Source: an uncultured Sphingomonadaceae bacterium
GTDB taxonomy: Bacteria > Pseudomonadota > Alphaproteobacteria > Sphingomonadales > Sphingomonadaceae
Reading direction: 5' to 3'
Assembly: GCA_964401045.1 (NCBI GenBank)
Contig: CAYNXB010000001.1
Location: 2,518-66,517 of the forward strand
Length of the DNA stretch: 64,000 nt
Part shown: piece after piece, positions 19,991 to 29,268 of the stretch
Layout: each line of letters starts with the position of its first letter
Position numbering within the stretch: the stretch's first letter is position 1
Notes under the pieces: generated by a model
The model's database searches: none
What the model saw: only the letters and a program-made list of their open reading frames with translations
What the model was told of the DNA's origin: nothing
Position numbers and translations under genes: made by a program

Positions 19991-20596
19991 TCAGTCTTTG
20001 GTTGCCGCCGTCTCGTGAGCGCGAAGCTTATCGCGAAACTCCTCAAGCCGGGCCCGATACCCTTCGGCATCGCCATACTCGAGGAACTCAAAATACCGGT
20101 GATGCGGATCGCTTACCCGCAGCGCGTGCTTGATCGGGCACCAATACTGCTCGGTCCGGCTCGCCACCTCGCGCACGTAGGCGATCAGTCCGTTCGCATA
20201 GCCGCAATAGAGGCAGTTGAGCGCTTCGATCCAGTTCAGATAGGCGAGGTGGCCCCGGTCGAGCGCGACATAGTCCGCCCTGCGCACGCGCGGAATTCCG
20301 TACGCCCGGAAACACACGGCCTGGTAGGCGCTGATCCACATATCGAGCACCAGCAGCGGAACGATCAGCGAATAGACGACCGGCGCGGACAGGTTTGTGG
20401 CGGAGGTTGAATCGGCCAGGAATCGCGCCGTGCCGATCCTGAACCTGCGTTGCTCGAGCGCCAGACCTTTCTCGAATTTGACGAGGCCATCCTTGAACGT
20501 CCATCCGAGCGCCTTGCGACGCCGTTCGATCTCCCGATCCAGCTCCTGCTGAAGGCGCACGATCTCGTCGGCCAGTTCGTGCATCCGCCTTGTCAT
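19991..20596 (-). CDS. hypothetical membrane protein (coiled-coil N-terminus, one or two TM helices, Cys-rich C-terminus)
   Basis: ATG 20596 is preceded by GGGAGGA. The 201-aa product has HELADEIVRLQQELDREIERRRKAL, a hydrophobic LSAPVVYSLIVPLLVLDMWISAY segment, then LNCLYCGYANG...YWCPIKH. No family was recognised. Confidence 0.6.
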   Translation of the reverse strand: MTRRMHELADEIVRLQQELDREIERRRKALGWTFKDGLVKFEKGLALEQRRFRIGTARFLADSTSATNLSAPVVYSLIVPLLVLDMWISAYQAVCFRAYGIPRVRRADYVALDRGHLAYLNWIEALNCLYCGYANGLIAYVREVASRTEQYWCPIKHALRVSDPHHRYFEFLEYGDAEGYRARLEEFRDKLRAHETAATKD

Positions 20597-20659
20597 GAAT
20601 CCTCCCGCGCAGTTGGAAGCCTCGACCACGTTCGATAGCCGGGTCTCCGGAACGGCAAA

Positions 20660-21691
20660 TCAGGCCTGCTCGAAATCGATGACGACACGACCTTCGATCG
20701 CGCCCTCTCGCATGCGGCCGAAGATCTCGTTGATGTTCTCCAACCGATCGACCGCGACTGTCGCGCGAACCTTGCCGGCGGCTGCGAAATCGAGTGCTTC
20801 CTGGAGGTCCAGTCGTGTGCCCACGATCGAGCCGCGCACGGTTATCCCGTTGAGCACCGTATCGAAGATCGAAAGCGGGAAATCTCCGGGCGGCAGGCCG
20901 TTGAGCGAGATCGTGCCGCCACGACGCGCCATGCCCATCGCCTGCTGGAATGCCTTGGGGCTGACCGCGGTCACAAGAACGCCGTGTGCGCCGCCGATCT
21001 CCTTCCTGATGAAGGCCGCCGGATCGTCATGCAGCGCATTGACGCTGAGCGATGCACCGAGTTCCTCTGCCAGCCTGAGCTTCGCATCGTCGATATCGAC
21101 CGCAACGACGTTAAGCCCCATGGCCTTGGCATATTGTACGGCCATGTGCCCCAGGCCGCCGATACCCGAAATCGCCACCCAGTCGCCCGGCTTGGTGTCG
21201 GTGACCTTGAGACCCTTGTAGACGGTGACTCCGGCGCAGAGCACTGGCGCGATCTCCGCGAACCCGACATTGGCGGGCAGATGGCCGACGTAGCGGGCAT
21301 CGGCCAGGAGATATTCCGCGAAGCTTCCGTTTACCGAGTAACCGGTGTTCTGCTGAAGCTCGCACAGGGTTTCCCATCCGCCCAGGCAGTGCGCGCAGTG
21401 GCCGCATGCGGTATAGAGCCACGGCACACCGACCCGGTCCCCTTCCTTCACCCAGGTCACCCCCGCACCCACCGCAACGACGTGACCGACGCCCTCGTGA
21501 CCGGGGATGAAAGGGGGCTGCGGTTTGACTGGCCAATCCCCGTTCGCGGCGTGCAGATCGGTATGACATACGCCCGTGGCGGCGACCTTTACCAAAATTG
21601 TGCCCGGGGTGACTTCGGGCACCCTCACTTCCTCGATCACGAGCGGCTTTCCGAATTCGCGGACCACTGCGGCTTTCATTGTGTTTTCCAT
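20660..21691 (-). CDS. zinc-dependent alcohol dehydrogenase (AdhP-like)
   Basis: 343 aa. The catalytic Zn site GVCHTDLH, the structural Zn Cys cluster CGHCAHC...C and the NAD motif GIGGLGH are present. AAGAGG lies 8 nt upstream of ATG 21691. Confidence 0.92.
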   Translation of the reverse strand: MENTMKAAVVREFGKPLVIEEVRVPEVTPGTILVKVAATGVCHTDLHAANGDWPVKPQPPFIPGHEGVGHVVAVGAGVTWVKEGDRVGVPWLYTACGHCAHCLGGWETLCELQQNTGYSVNGSFAEYLLADARYVGHLPANVGFAEIAPVLCAGVTVYKGLKVTDTKPGDWVAISGIGGLGHMAVQYAKAMGLNVVAVDIDDAKLRLAEELGASLSVNALHDDPAAFIRKEIGGAHGVLVTAVSPKAFQQAMGMARRGGTISLNGLPPGDFPLSIFDTVLNGITVRGSIVGTRLDLQEALDFAAAGKVRATVAVDRLENINEIFGRMREGAIEGRVVIDFEQA

Positions 21692-21815
21692 GCCCGCGCC
21701 TCTTGGCCAAAGGGAGATTCAGTGCCGCGTCGATGCGGCGAGCCATCGCCGGAGCGCATGATGGTTTGCGGCGCTTTCAAGCGGCCTTGATGATCCTGCT
21801 GCGGGTTTGGCCCTA

Positions 21816-21833
21816 TGCGGATTGTTACGTAGC
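21816..21833 (+). promoter_or_regulatory. conserved 18-bp box, copy 2 (TGCGGATTGTTACGTAGC)
   Basis: Lies in the adh / receiver divergent region, 109 nt upstream of copy 3. It matches the box consensus at the invariant positions T1, G4 and T11. Confidence 0.35.
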
Positions 21834-21924
21834 TCGGGCCGATCCCGCGCTCCTCTTGGGCGGTTCCCTTTGCCGCACAGCGCCGAACGTTCGCGCCGGG
21901 CACGGGCGCGGACCTCGCCTCGTT

Positions 21925-21942
21925 TCCGGATATTTGCGTAAT
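21925..21942 (+). promoter_or_regulatory. conserved 18-bp box, copy 3 (TCCGGATATTTGCGTAAT)
   Basis: 17/18 identical to copy 1. It ends 47 nt upstream of ATG 21990. Confidence 0.45.
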
Positions 21943-21989
21943 GCCGGAGAGCAGGGATCCTCCGACTAAAGGCTGGCAAGGAGGAAGCC

Positions 21990-22358
21990 ATGCCCCACGC
22001 GTTGATCGTCGAGGACAACATGATAGTGAGCCGTGCGGTGGAAGATCGCCTGCTTCCGCTGGGCTTCGATTCTTTCGACCATGCATGGACCGCGCAACAG
22101 GCACTTCGGGCCGCCGAACAACGGCCGCCAGACCTGGTCATCATCAGCGATGATGTCGCCGGCTCATCGCCCGAACGGCTTGCCCGGCAAATATCCGATC
22201 GGCGTGGCTCCGCGATCGTTTTGATTACAGGAGCAAAGTGCGCTCCTTACCAACCGTCCTCCGAAGCCCCTGCGAACAGCTCGCGCTTCCCCCTCAGCGA
22301 TATCGATCAGGCCGTCGCGCTTTCTGCCCGGCAGGTCTGCAAACCGCAGGCGGCATGA
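21990..22358 (+). CDS. single-domain response-regulator-like protein (atypical receiver)
   Basis: AAGGAGGAAG RBS. 122 aa with ALIVEDN, DLVIISDD and IVLITG. The usual K-P motif position reads RFP, so the conserved Lys appears to be missing. Confidence 0.7.
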   Translation: MPHALIVEDNMIVSRAVEDRLLPLGFDSFDHAWTAQQALRAAEQRPPDLVIISDDVAGSSPERLARQISDRRGSAIVLITGAKCAPYQPSSEAPANSSRFPLSDIDQAVALSARQVCKPQAA

Positions 22359-22418
22359 TCGCGGGGCGCGGCGATGGCTGCCAATCATAGCCGCCCGGGC
22401 GAAAGGGTGGGAGTGTCG

Positions 22419-23400
22419 ATGCGGGCCATGCAACTCGATGCCCCGGGCGCATCGCTACGGTTGGTCGAAAGGTGCTTGCCTCTGCCCTCCCCCGGCGAGG
22501 TCCGCCTCGCCGTTTCAGCATGTGGGGTGTGCCGCACCGACGTCCATGTAGCCGACGGCGACATTCATGGAAATTTGCCGATCGTTCCTGGTCATGAAGT
22601 GGTCGGGCTCATCGATATGCTCGGCAAGGGCGTCCACCATCTCGCAGTCGGTGACCGGGTTGGCGTTCCGTGGCTTGGCCGAACTTGCGGCCGTTGTTTC
22701 TATTGCCGGGCGGGCAGGGAGAACCTCTGCGATCACCCGCAGTTTACGGGGTTCACCCGCGACGGAGGCTTCGCGACCCACTGCATCGCCGATGCGGATT
22801 TTTGCTTTCCATTGCCTCGTCGGCTCGATGACCTGCATGCGGCGCCCCTGCTGTGCGCAGGGCTTATCGGCTACCGGGCCTACTGCATGGCAGGAGACGC
22901 GCCCAATCTCGGCCTCTACGGATTTGGCGCGGCGGCCCACATCCTGGCCCAGCTTGCCTCGGCGCAAGGGCGAAGGGTGTTCGCCTTTACGCGCGAGGGA
23001 GATATTGCCGGCCAGAGCTTCGCCCGTGAGCTCGGTTGCGCCTGGGCGGGGGCTTCAGGGGAAGCGCCGCCGGCGCCGCTGGATGCCGCGATCATTTTCG
23101 CTCCGGTAGGGGCACTCGTGCCGATGGCGCTCAAGGCTGTCCGCAAAGGCGGGCGCGTCGTTTGTGCGGGAATCCACATGAGCGATATCCCCGCGTTTCC
23201 ATACGCCGCATTGTGGCACGAACGCTCGGTCCGCTCGGTCGCAAACCTGACGCGAAGCGATGGAAATCGAGTTCCTGCGACTCGCCGGTCAAGTGGCCAT
23301 CGACACGCTCGTGACAGCGATGCCCCTCGAGGACGCGAATGTGGCGCTCGCGCGCGTGCGCGCTGGCGAAGTTGAGGGAGCACTGGTCCTCGTCCCCTGA
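22419..23400 (+). pseudogene. zinc-binding alcohol dehydrogenase family protein with apparent +1 frameshift near 23262-23267
   Basis: ATG 22419 follows GGGTGGGAG. GVCRTDVH, GHEVVG and the CGRCFYCRAGRENLC Zn cluster are present. After ...ANLTRSDG the track frame gives an Arg-rich tail. The +1 frame reads (I)EFLRLAGQVAIDTLVTAMPLEDANVALARVRAGEVEGALVLVP*, ending at 23400, which is the expected family C-terminus. Confidence 0.6.
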
Positions 23401-23497
23401 GCCGCCTGGGACCGCGAATGGGGCCTAACTGCCATCCATGCACCATTCAGATGGGGCTACGAAAAATATAGCCTTATCAAACGCAGCCAACGGCAAC

Positions 23498-24034
23498 CTA
23501 GCTCCCGGGTTGGTCCCAGTATTTTGAATGACACGCGAGACAATTGTCGTACAGGTTTCGCGTAAGCAATTCGCTCCTGTTGATATCCCTCGACCTGGCT
23601 GCCGCCGCCAGATTGGCCGCGTGGGTTGCGGCTGCCTCCGCCAACTGTCTGAATTCATCCGGATTGGCATCTATCCGGGCCTGAACCTCGGGCCCGCTCG
23701 CGTATCCTCCAAGGCGCTCATCGTGGATGCCTACGTCGATCGCCCGGGCGTCGGCCAGGCGGCGAGAGTGGAACTCCAACTGCAGGGCCGCCGCTTCAAG
23801 CTTGGCCCAGGAGGGTTCGTCCATCACGCGCTGCCGAGATCCGCTTGCCTGGCTCATCGCGCGGCTGCCGACACTCCAGATCACAACCGCTGCCGGGTCT
23901 ATCCCCCCGACCATCGTCGCATGCACGTCGGCAGATGACGCTGGCGGACGCGCGGTCTGACAGCCCGCGAGCGTGCCGATCATGATGGCGATACTGAACA
24001 AGCGGCTCATGGGCTTCCCTTTTCGTACCTTCAT
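23498..24034 (-). CDS. cytochrome c'-like (class II c-type cytochrome) lipoprotein
   Basis: Start is ATG 24034 or ATG 24010. Lipobox LAGC is followed by a ~140-aa helical domain with a single C-terminal heme motif CLACH, as in four-helix-bundle cytochromes c'/c556. Confidence 0.65.
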   Translation of the reverse strand: MKVRKGKPMSRLFSIAIMIGTLAGCQTARPPASSADVHATMVGGIDPAAVVIWSVGSRAMSQASGSRQRVMDEPSWAKLEAAALQLEFHSRRLADARAIDVGIHDERLGGYASGPEVQARIDANPDEFRQLAEAAATHAANLAAAARSRDINRSELLTRNLYDNCLACHSKYWDQPGS

Positions 24035-24163
24035 CCGGGTAGTCTTTTGCGACTGGCAGCAGGTGCGGCGCGGCCCGCCGGCGTCGCGGCATGGCCTCAT
24101 GCCCGCCCCGGCACCAGGTGAATGCCACGCGCCTAGTGCACTCGCTGCCGGGTCCTCGTTCCA

Positions 24164-24181
24164 TCCGGTTATGTGCGTAGT
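24164..24181 (+). promoter_or_regulatory. conserved 18-bp box, copy 4 (TCCGGTTATGTGCGTAGT)
   Basis: Lies in the divergent region between the cytochrome c'-like gene and the USP/ATPase pair, 164 nt upstream of ATG 24346. Confidence 0.4.
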
Positions 24182-24345
24182 CGAAAAGCGGGCGAGCTGG
24201 GCTAGATCCTCCCATCGACCCGCACCCGGCGGGCGACACGAGACTCCTGGGGCCACCCGGACGCGCTCGATCGCGGTCAACTCCCGCGGAAGCGGTGCCG
24301 AAGCAATGAATTAAGGCCCAAGAATGTGCTGAACGAGGAGACCAT

Positions 24346-24798
24346 ATGTACTCCAGCATCCTGGTTCCGGTGGATTTGGACGAACCAGCGTCATGGCAGA
24401 GGTCGATTCCGTCGGCTCTTGCAATCGCGAGGTGCTTTGGTGCGAGGGTCGGCCTCGTTTACGTCGTATCCGACATGGTGCTGGCTGAGGAGGCCCAATG
24501 GTCCGGCCTTGCGCTCCGCCGCATCCTCGAAACAGCGCGCGCACGGCTTGCCTTGCTAGCGGAAGAATTCACGACCGATGGCGAAGTTGACGTTCATGTA
24601 GCGAGCGGCAGGGTCTATCGCGGCATACTCGACACGGCGGACCAAGTGCACGCGGACCTCGTGATCCTCGCTTCGCACAAGCCGAAAATGAAGGATTTCC
24701 TCATCGGCGAGAATGCCGAACGGGTTGTTCGCCGTGCTCGCTGCTCCGTGATGGTGGTGCGCGGTAGGCTGGAGCCCGACAGACAGGATGAGGCGTGA
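24346..24798 (+). CDS. universal stress protein (single Usp domain)
   Basis: 150 aa with MYSSILVPVDL..., an ATP-binding-type C-terminus ADLVILASH...GENAERVVRRARCSVMVV, and GAGGAGACC upstream. Confidence 0.88.
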   Translation: MYSSILVPVDLDEPASWQRSIPSALAIARCFGARVGLVYVVSDMVLAEEAQWSGLALRRILETARARLALLAEEFTTDGEVDVHVASGRVYRGILDTADQVHADLVILASHKPKMKDFLIGENAERVVRRARCSVMVVRGRLEPDRQDEA

Positions 24799-27262
24799 GC
24801 TACCCCCCGAGCGCTTGAGCCTGCTGCGTCCGAACGATCGCGGCGGCGTCAGCGGCGGTCAAGCCGAGGCGCTGCGAAGGCAATTCGGCACCAACGTGAT
24901 CGCCGAGCGTCCCGCACGGTCCTTTCGCGACGTAGCGGGTGACACGGCGACGGATCCCATGCTGTGGTTCCTCGCCGCCACAAGCGCTGGCTTTGCCGTC
25001 CTCGGCCAAACGCTCGACGCAGTTGTCCTGGTCCTGGCGATCATTCCCATCATGGGTATGGATTTCTATCTTCATCGCCGAACCGAGGCATCGCTCAAGG
25101 GATTTACAAGCGCGCTGGCCACGCACGCAACGGCGATGCGCGACGGCCACGAGTGCACGATCCCGGCTACCGACCTGGTCCCCGGCGACCTCGTGCGCGT
25201 GCGCGCGGGCGGACCCTTCCCCGCCGACGGACTCATCCTGTCCGGCCACAGCATCCAGACCGATGAGTCGTCCCTGACCGGCGAGGCATATCCCGTGCCC
25301 AAGCAGCCGCTTGCCAACGGGGGAGGGCCGACCCTGCCCGATGAGACCTGGGTGTTCGCCGGGACCCGGTCGCTGACCGGCGAGGCGCTGATGCGCGTGA
25401 TCTTCACAGGGCAGGACACCATCTATGGCAATGTCGTTTGTGCGGCGACCGCGACGCGGAAGGCGCGGACGCCGCTGCAGCGCTCGGTGGCCGGGCTGGT
25501 CCGGGTCTTGCTGGTCATCGCCGCGTGCGCGTGCGTCGTCCTCGCAGCCGTTCGGATCGTGCAAGGTTATGGAATCGTTGACGCCTTCCTGAGCGCCGCG
25601 ATTCTGGCGGTTGCCGCAATCCCCGAAGAGTTTCCCGTCGTCCTCACTTTCTTTCTCGGAGTGGGGGTGTTCCGGCTGGCGCGGGCGAATGCCCTGGTAC
25701 GGCAAGCGGTCGCGGTGGAGAACATCGGCCGGGTTTCGGTGATATGCAGCGACAAGACGGGCACGATCACCGAGGGCCGGCTGACTGTGCATCAGCTGCA
25801 CCCGGCGCAGGGGACGACCCCGGATCGCCTGCTCGAGTTGGGCCGGATGGCCTCCCGATGGGAAACGGGCGACCCTCTCGATCGGGTCCTGCTCCTGGCC
25901 GAGCCGGAACCGGGAGCGGGCCCCGTGGCCTCCTTCCCGTTCACCGAAGCGCGCCGACGAGAGGTCGCGATCTGGCCGCGCGCAGGCCGGTTGATGGCAG
26001 CGGCGAAGGGAGCGCCGGAAACGATCCTCGGAATGTGCCAGCTTGATGAGCCCCGCGCCAGCCGCGTGCGCGCCGAGACGGCAAGCATGGCCGATGCGGG
26101 GCAAAAGGTCATTGCGTGCGCCTGGCGCGAGATCGCGGATGCATCGCACGAGCCGGCGACCGGCTTTTCGTTTGCCGGGCTCATCGGCATCTCCGACCCT
26201 GTGCGTGCGGGCGTCCGCGAAGCCATAGACGCTGCCCGCGACGCGGGCATTCGTGTCGTGATGGTGACGGGCGATCACCAGCGGACCGCCGCGGCGATTG
26301 CTCGAGAAAGCGGGCTTTCCGCGGATCCGATCGTGCTTTCCGGCGACGACCTGCAGGGCCGGCTCGCGAAAGGCGAGCGGGCATTCCTCGAGGAGCTCGA
26401 CGCGGTGGCGCGCGCCACGCCCGCCCAAAAGGTCTTGCTCGTCGAAGCCATGCGCGAGGCCGGTGCCATCACCGCGGTCACCGGGGATGGAGTCAATGAC
26501 GTCCCGGCGCTCAAGGCGGCTGACGTCGGTATCGCCATGGGGTTGCGAGGAACGCAGAGCGCCCGCGAGATCGCTTCCATCGTCCTGTTGGACGACAATT
26601 TCAGCACGATCGTTCGAGCCATCGCCGAAGGACGGCAGTTGTTTCGCAACCTCGTGCGCAGCTTCGCCTTCCTGCTGATGGTGCACATCCCGCTCGTCAC
26701 CACGGCGGCAGCGGTCCCACTGCTGGGCTATCCGCTGCTATACCTGCCGATTCACATCGTGATCCTCGAATTGATGATCCATCCGAGCGCGATCCTGGGC
26801 TTTCAGCGAAGTGGCGGCAACGACCTCGGACCATCGATCGATCATGGCCGCGGCTTCTTCACCGGGCGCCAGCGGGGGGCGATTGCACTAACCGGCGCGT
26901 TGATTGCCTGCGGGATCGCGATCCTGTTCGTTACGACACTGAGGAACGGAGGAGCCGTGGAGCATGCACGGGCCATGTCCTTCGTGGCCCTTGCTAGCTC
27001 GCTGATCGTGCTCTTCGCGATCCTCACCCGATTGCACTCAACCGCGCCCAAGGTCATTGCCGCAGCGCTCGCGCTCCTGACTTTCGCGGCCAGCGGAATC
27101 CCCGAGTTCGCGGACTTGTCCCATTTGCATTCGATTGGCGCGCGTGACGGGCTTGTCGCGGTCGGCGTCGGCGCATTGTCGGCGATGCCGGGCATGCTGT
27201 TCCGCGAGGCGGTATTCCAAAAGGCGCGAGCGAGCATTGGGAAGACGCGGCGTCTAGCTTGA
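24788..27262 (+). CDS. cation-transporting P-type ATPase (P2-type, Ca/Mg-like)
   Basis: ATG 24788 overlaps the USP gene by 11 nt. 824 aa with the actuator motif SLTGEA, phosphorylation site CSDKTGTITEG, hinge TGDGVNDVPALKAADVGIAMG and about 10 TM segments. Confidence 0.92.
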   Translation: MRRELPPERLSLLRPNDRGGVSGGQAEALRRQFGTNVIAERPARSFRDVAGDTATDPMLWFLAATSAGFAVLGQTLDAVVLVLAIIPIMGMDFYLHRRTEASLKGFTSALATHATAMRDGHECTIPATDLVPGDLVRVRAGGPFPADGLILSGHSIQTDESSLTGEAYPVPKQPLANGGGPTLPDETWVFAGTRSLTGEALMRVIFTGQDTIYGNVVCAATATRKARTPLQRSVAGLVRVLLVIAACACVVLAAVRIVQGYGIVDAFLSAAILAVAAIPEEFPVVLTFFLGVGVFRLARANALVRQAVAVENIGRVSVICSDKTGTITEGRLTVHQLHPAQGTTPDRLLELGRMASRWETGDPLDRVLLLAEPEPGAGPVASFPFTEARRREVAIWPRAGRLMAAAKGAPETILGMCQLDEPRASRVRAETASMADAGQKVIACAWREIADASHEPATGFSFAGLIGISDPVRAGVREAIDAARDAGIRVVMVTGDHQRTAAAIARESGLSADPIVLSGDDLQGRLAKGERAFLEELDAVARATPAQKVLLVEAMREAGAITAVTGDGVNDVPALKAADVGIAMGLRGTQSAREIASIVLLDDNFSTIVRAIAEGRQLFRNLVRSFAFLLMVHIPLVTTAAAVPLLGYPLLYLPIHIVILELMIHPSAILGFQRSGGNDLGPSIDHGRGFFTGRQRGAIALTGALIACGIAILFVTTLRNGGAVEHARAMSFVALASSLIVLFAILTRLHSTAPKVIAAALALLTFAASGIPEFADLSHLHSIGARDGLVAVGVGALSAMPGMLFREAVFQKARASIGKTRRLA

Positions 27263-27423
27263 GTTCGTCGGCCGATGCGATGCGAAGCAGCTTGTCGCGC
27301 ATGAGGCCGTGCCCTTTGAGGTCCAGTGGGCGTATGGTAAAGGCACCCGTGGGGGCCGCGCGGCGGTCTTGCGGACGCGCCCGGCCAGTTCAGTGCGCGG
27401 GATAGAGCGAAGGGCCCAAAGCA

Positions 27424-29268
27424 ATGAGCTTGCGTCGGGTCTTGGTTGAATCGACCGCCGCGAGATACGGGCTCTCGGCAATCGCCGTCGGCGCCGCCTA
27501 TCTCGTCCGACTGGCCGCGGATCCTATCCTCGACCAGAAGGCGCAGTTCCTTCCCTATGTGTTGCCTGTCGTTCTTGCCACCGTGGTCGCGAGGCTGGGT
27601 CCGGGCCTTTTTGCCGGATTTCTCTCGCTGATCGCCGGATTCAGCATGATCGATGCAAGCAGCCGGTTTTCCTCGGCGTCGCTTATCCAGGCGGGAATGT
27701 TCGTACTGGTATCGGCCGGGGTTTGTTGGCTCGATAGTCGACGTTCGTCGCAGAGGATGCTTGCCACGAGAGCGAATCGCCAGCTCAAGCTGCTGGTCGA
27801 AGGGGCAACCCAGTATGCGATATTCATGGTCGACCCGGTGGGGCGCATTATCAGCTGGAATGCCGGGGCTGAACGAATTCTCGGCTGGGCAAGAGGCGAG
27901 GTTCTGGGCCGACATTGCTCGCTGGTATTGAGCGGGCCGGAGACCGCGGAAAGAATGGCGGCACAGCTTGACACCGCGAAGCGCGAGGGTCGCTTTACCG
28001 AAGAGACCTGGCACAGGCGCGCCGATGGCTCGGAGTTCATCGCCGACATCTCGCTCACCTCCATCACGGACGACGACGGCACACACCTGGGCTTCGCCAA
28101 AGTCATCTACGATGTGACCGCGCGCAAGGCCGAGGAACGCGCACTTCAGCGGCGTGAGGAGCACCTGAAGTCGATCCTCGCAACCGTTCCCGACGCGATG
28201 ATCGTGATCGACGAAAAGGGCATCATCCTGTCCTTCAGCCAGGCCGCCGAGCGCCTCTTCGGCTATGCGGAAGCCGAGGTTGCCGGCAAGAACGTCAGCA
28301 TCCTGATGCCCCAGCCCGATCGCGACCGGCACGACGGGTATCTGGAGCGCTATCTCGCGACCGGCGTTCCACGTATCATCGGAATCGGCCGGCTCGTAAC
28401 CGGCTTGCGCGCCGACGGCAGCACATTCCCCATGGCCCTGTCCGTCGGCGAGGCGCACGCGGCCGACCAGCGGCTGTTCACCGGTTTCATCCAGGACCTG
28501 ACCGAGCGCCGCGATTTCGAGGCTAAGCTCGAGCAACTCCAGTCCGAGCTGATACACGTCTCTCGCCTGAGCGCGATGGGCACCTTGGCGTCGACGCTGG
28601 CGCATGAACTGAACCAGCCTCTTACCGCGATCGCCAGCTTCGGTGAGGCCGCCGCGGCCGTGCTGGAGCGCCCGGGCGACCCGGACAAGGCCATGCTGCG
28701 CGACGTGATGCGCGACATGACCGAGCAATCGCTCAGGGCGGGCGCCATCGTACGGCGCCTGCGCGAGTTCGTGTCCAAGGGCGACTTTGCCAAGACGTCC
28801 GAGGATCTCGCGAAAGTGATAGAGGAGGCAAGCGCGCTCGCCCTCGTCGGCGCGAGAGAGAAAGGGATTGCGGCCCACTTCACGTTCGCGCCCGATGCCA
28901 CGCCCGTGCTGATCGACCGCGTCCAGATCCAGCAGGTCCTGATCAACCTGATGCGAAACGGACTCGAGGCCATGGAGGGTATGCCGAGCAGGCGGCTAAG
29001 CGTGACAACCTCGCTGCTCGACGAGAATACCGTGCAGGTGTCCGTCGCCGACACCGGATGCGGAATCGATCCGCAAGTGAAGGCGCATTTGTTCGAAGCC
29101 TTCAACAGCAGCAAGAAGACAGGGATGGGATTGGGCCTGTCGATCTGCAGGACCATCATCGAAGCGCACGGGGGACGTATACGAGCCCTCGATGGCATTG
29201 ATGGAGGGACGGAGTTCCAGTTCACCTTGATGCGCGCGCGAGCCGCCGGCACGGACCCGCGCACGTGA
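27424..29268 (+). CDS. fixL: oxygen-sensor histidine kinase FixL (membrane N-domain, PAS, heme-PAS, HisKA, HATPase)
   Basis: The heme-PAS block [55 protein letters not shown] aligns residue-for-residue with my recollection of Bradyrhizobium FixL, including the proximal His in DRHD. H-box LAHELNQPL and the G-boxes are present. Confidence 0.9.
   Translation: MSLRRVLVESTAARYGLSAIAVGAAYLVRLAADPILDQKAQFLPYVLPVVLATVVARLGPGLFAGFLSLIAGFSMIDASSRFSSASLIQAGMFVLVSAGVCWLDSRRSSQRMLATRANRQLKLLVEGATQYAIFMVDPVGRIISWNAGAERILGWARGEVLGRHCSLVLSGPETAERMAAQLDTAKREGRFTEETWHRRADGSEFIADISLTSITDDDGTHLGFAKVIYDVTARKAEERALQRREEHLKSILATVPDAMIVIDEKGIILSFSQAAERLFGYAEAEVAGKNVSILMPQPDRDRHDGYLERYLATGVPRIIGIGRLVTGLRADGSTFPMALSVGEAHAADQRLFTGFIQDLTERRDFEAKLEQLQSELIHVSRLSAMGTLASTLAHELNQPLTAIASFGEAAAAVLERPGDPDKAMLRDVMRDMTEQSLRAGAIVRRLREFVSKGDFAKTSEDLAKVIEEASALALVGAREKGIAAHFTFAPDATPVLIDRVQIQQVLINLMRNGLEAMEGMPSRRLSVTTSLLDENTVQVSVADTGCGIDPQVKAHLFEAFNSSKKTGMGLGLSICRTIIEAHGGRIRALDGIDGGTEFQFTLMRARAAGTDPRT

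Noticed and set aside
26842-28878. Very long reverse-strand or out-of-frame ORFs in the track. Examples: 26842..28878 (678 aa), 47797..49749 (650 aa), 50594..52627 (677 aa), 35634..37325 (563 aa), 24800..26686 (628 aa), 57115..59085 N-terminal part.
   Set aside because: They lie antisense to, or out of frame with, genes that have unmistakable family motifs (FixL, kinases, ATPase, Usp). They are Arg/Ala/Gly/Pro-rich with no recognisable motifs. This is the usual stop-codon-poor shadow-ORF artefact of high-GC DNA.
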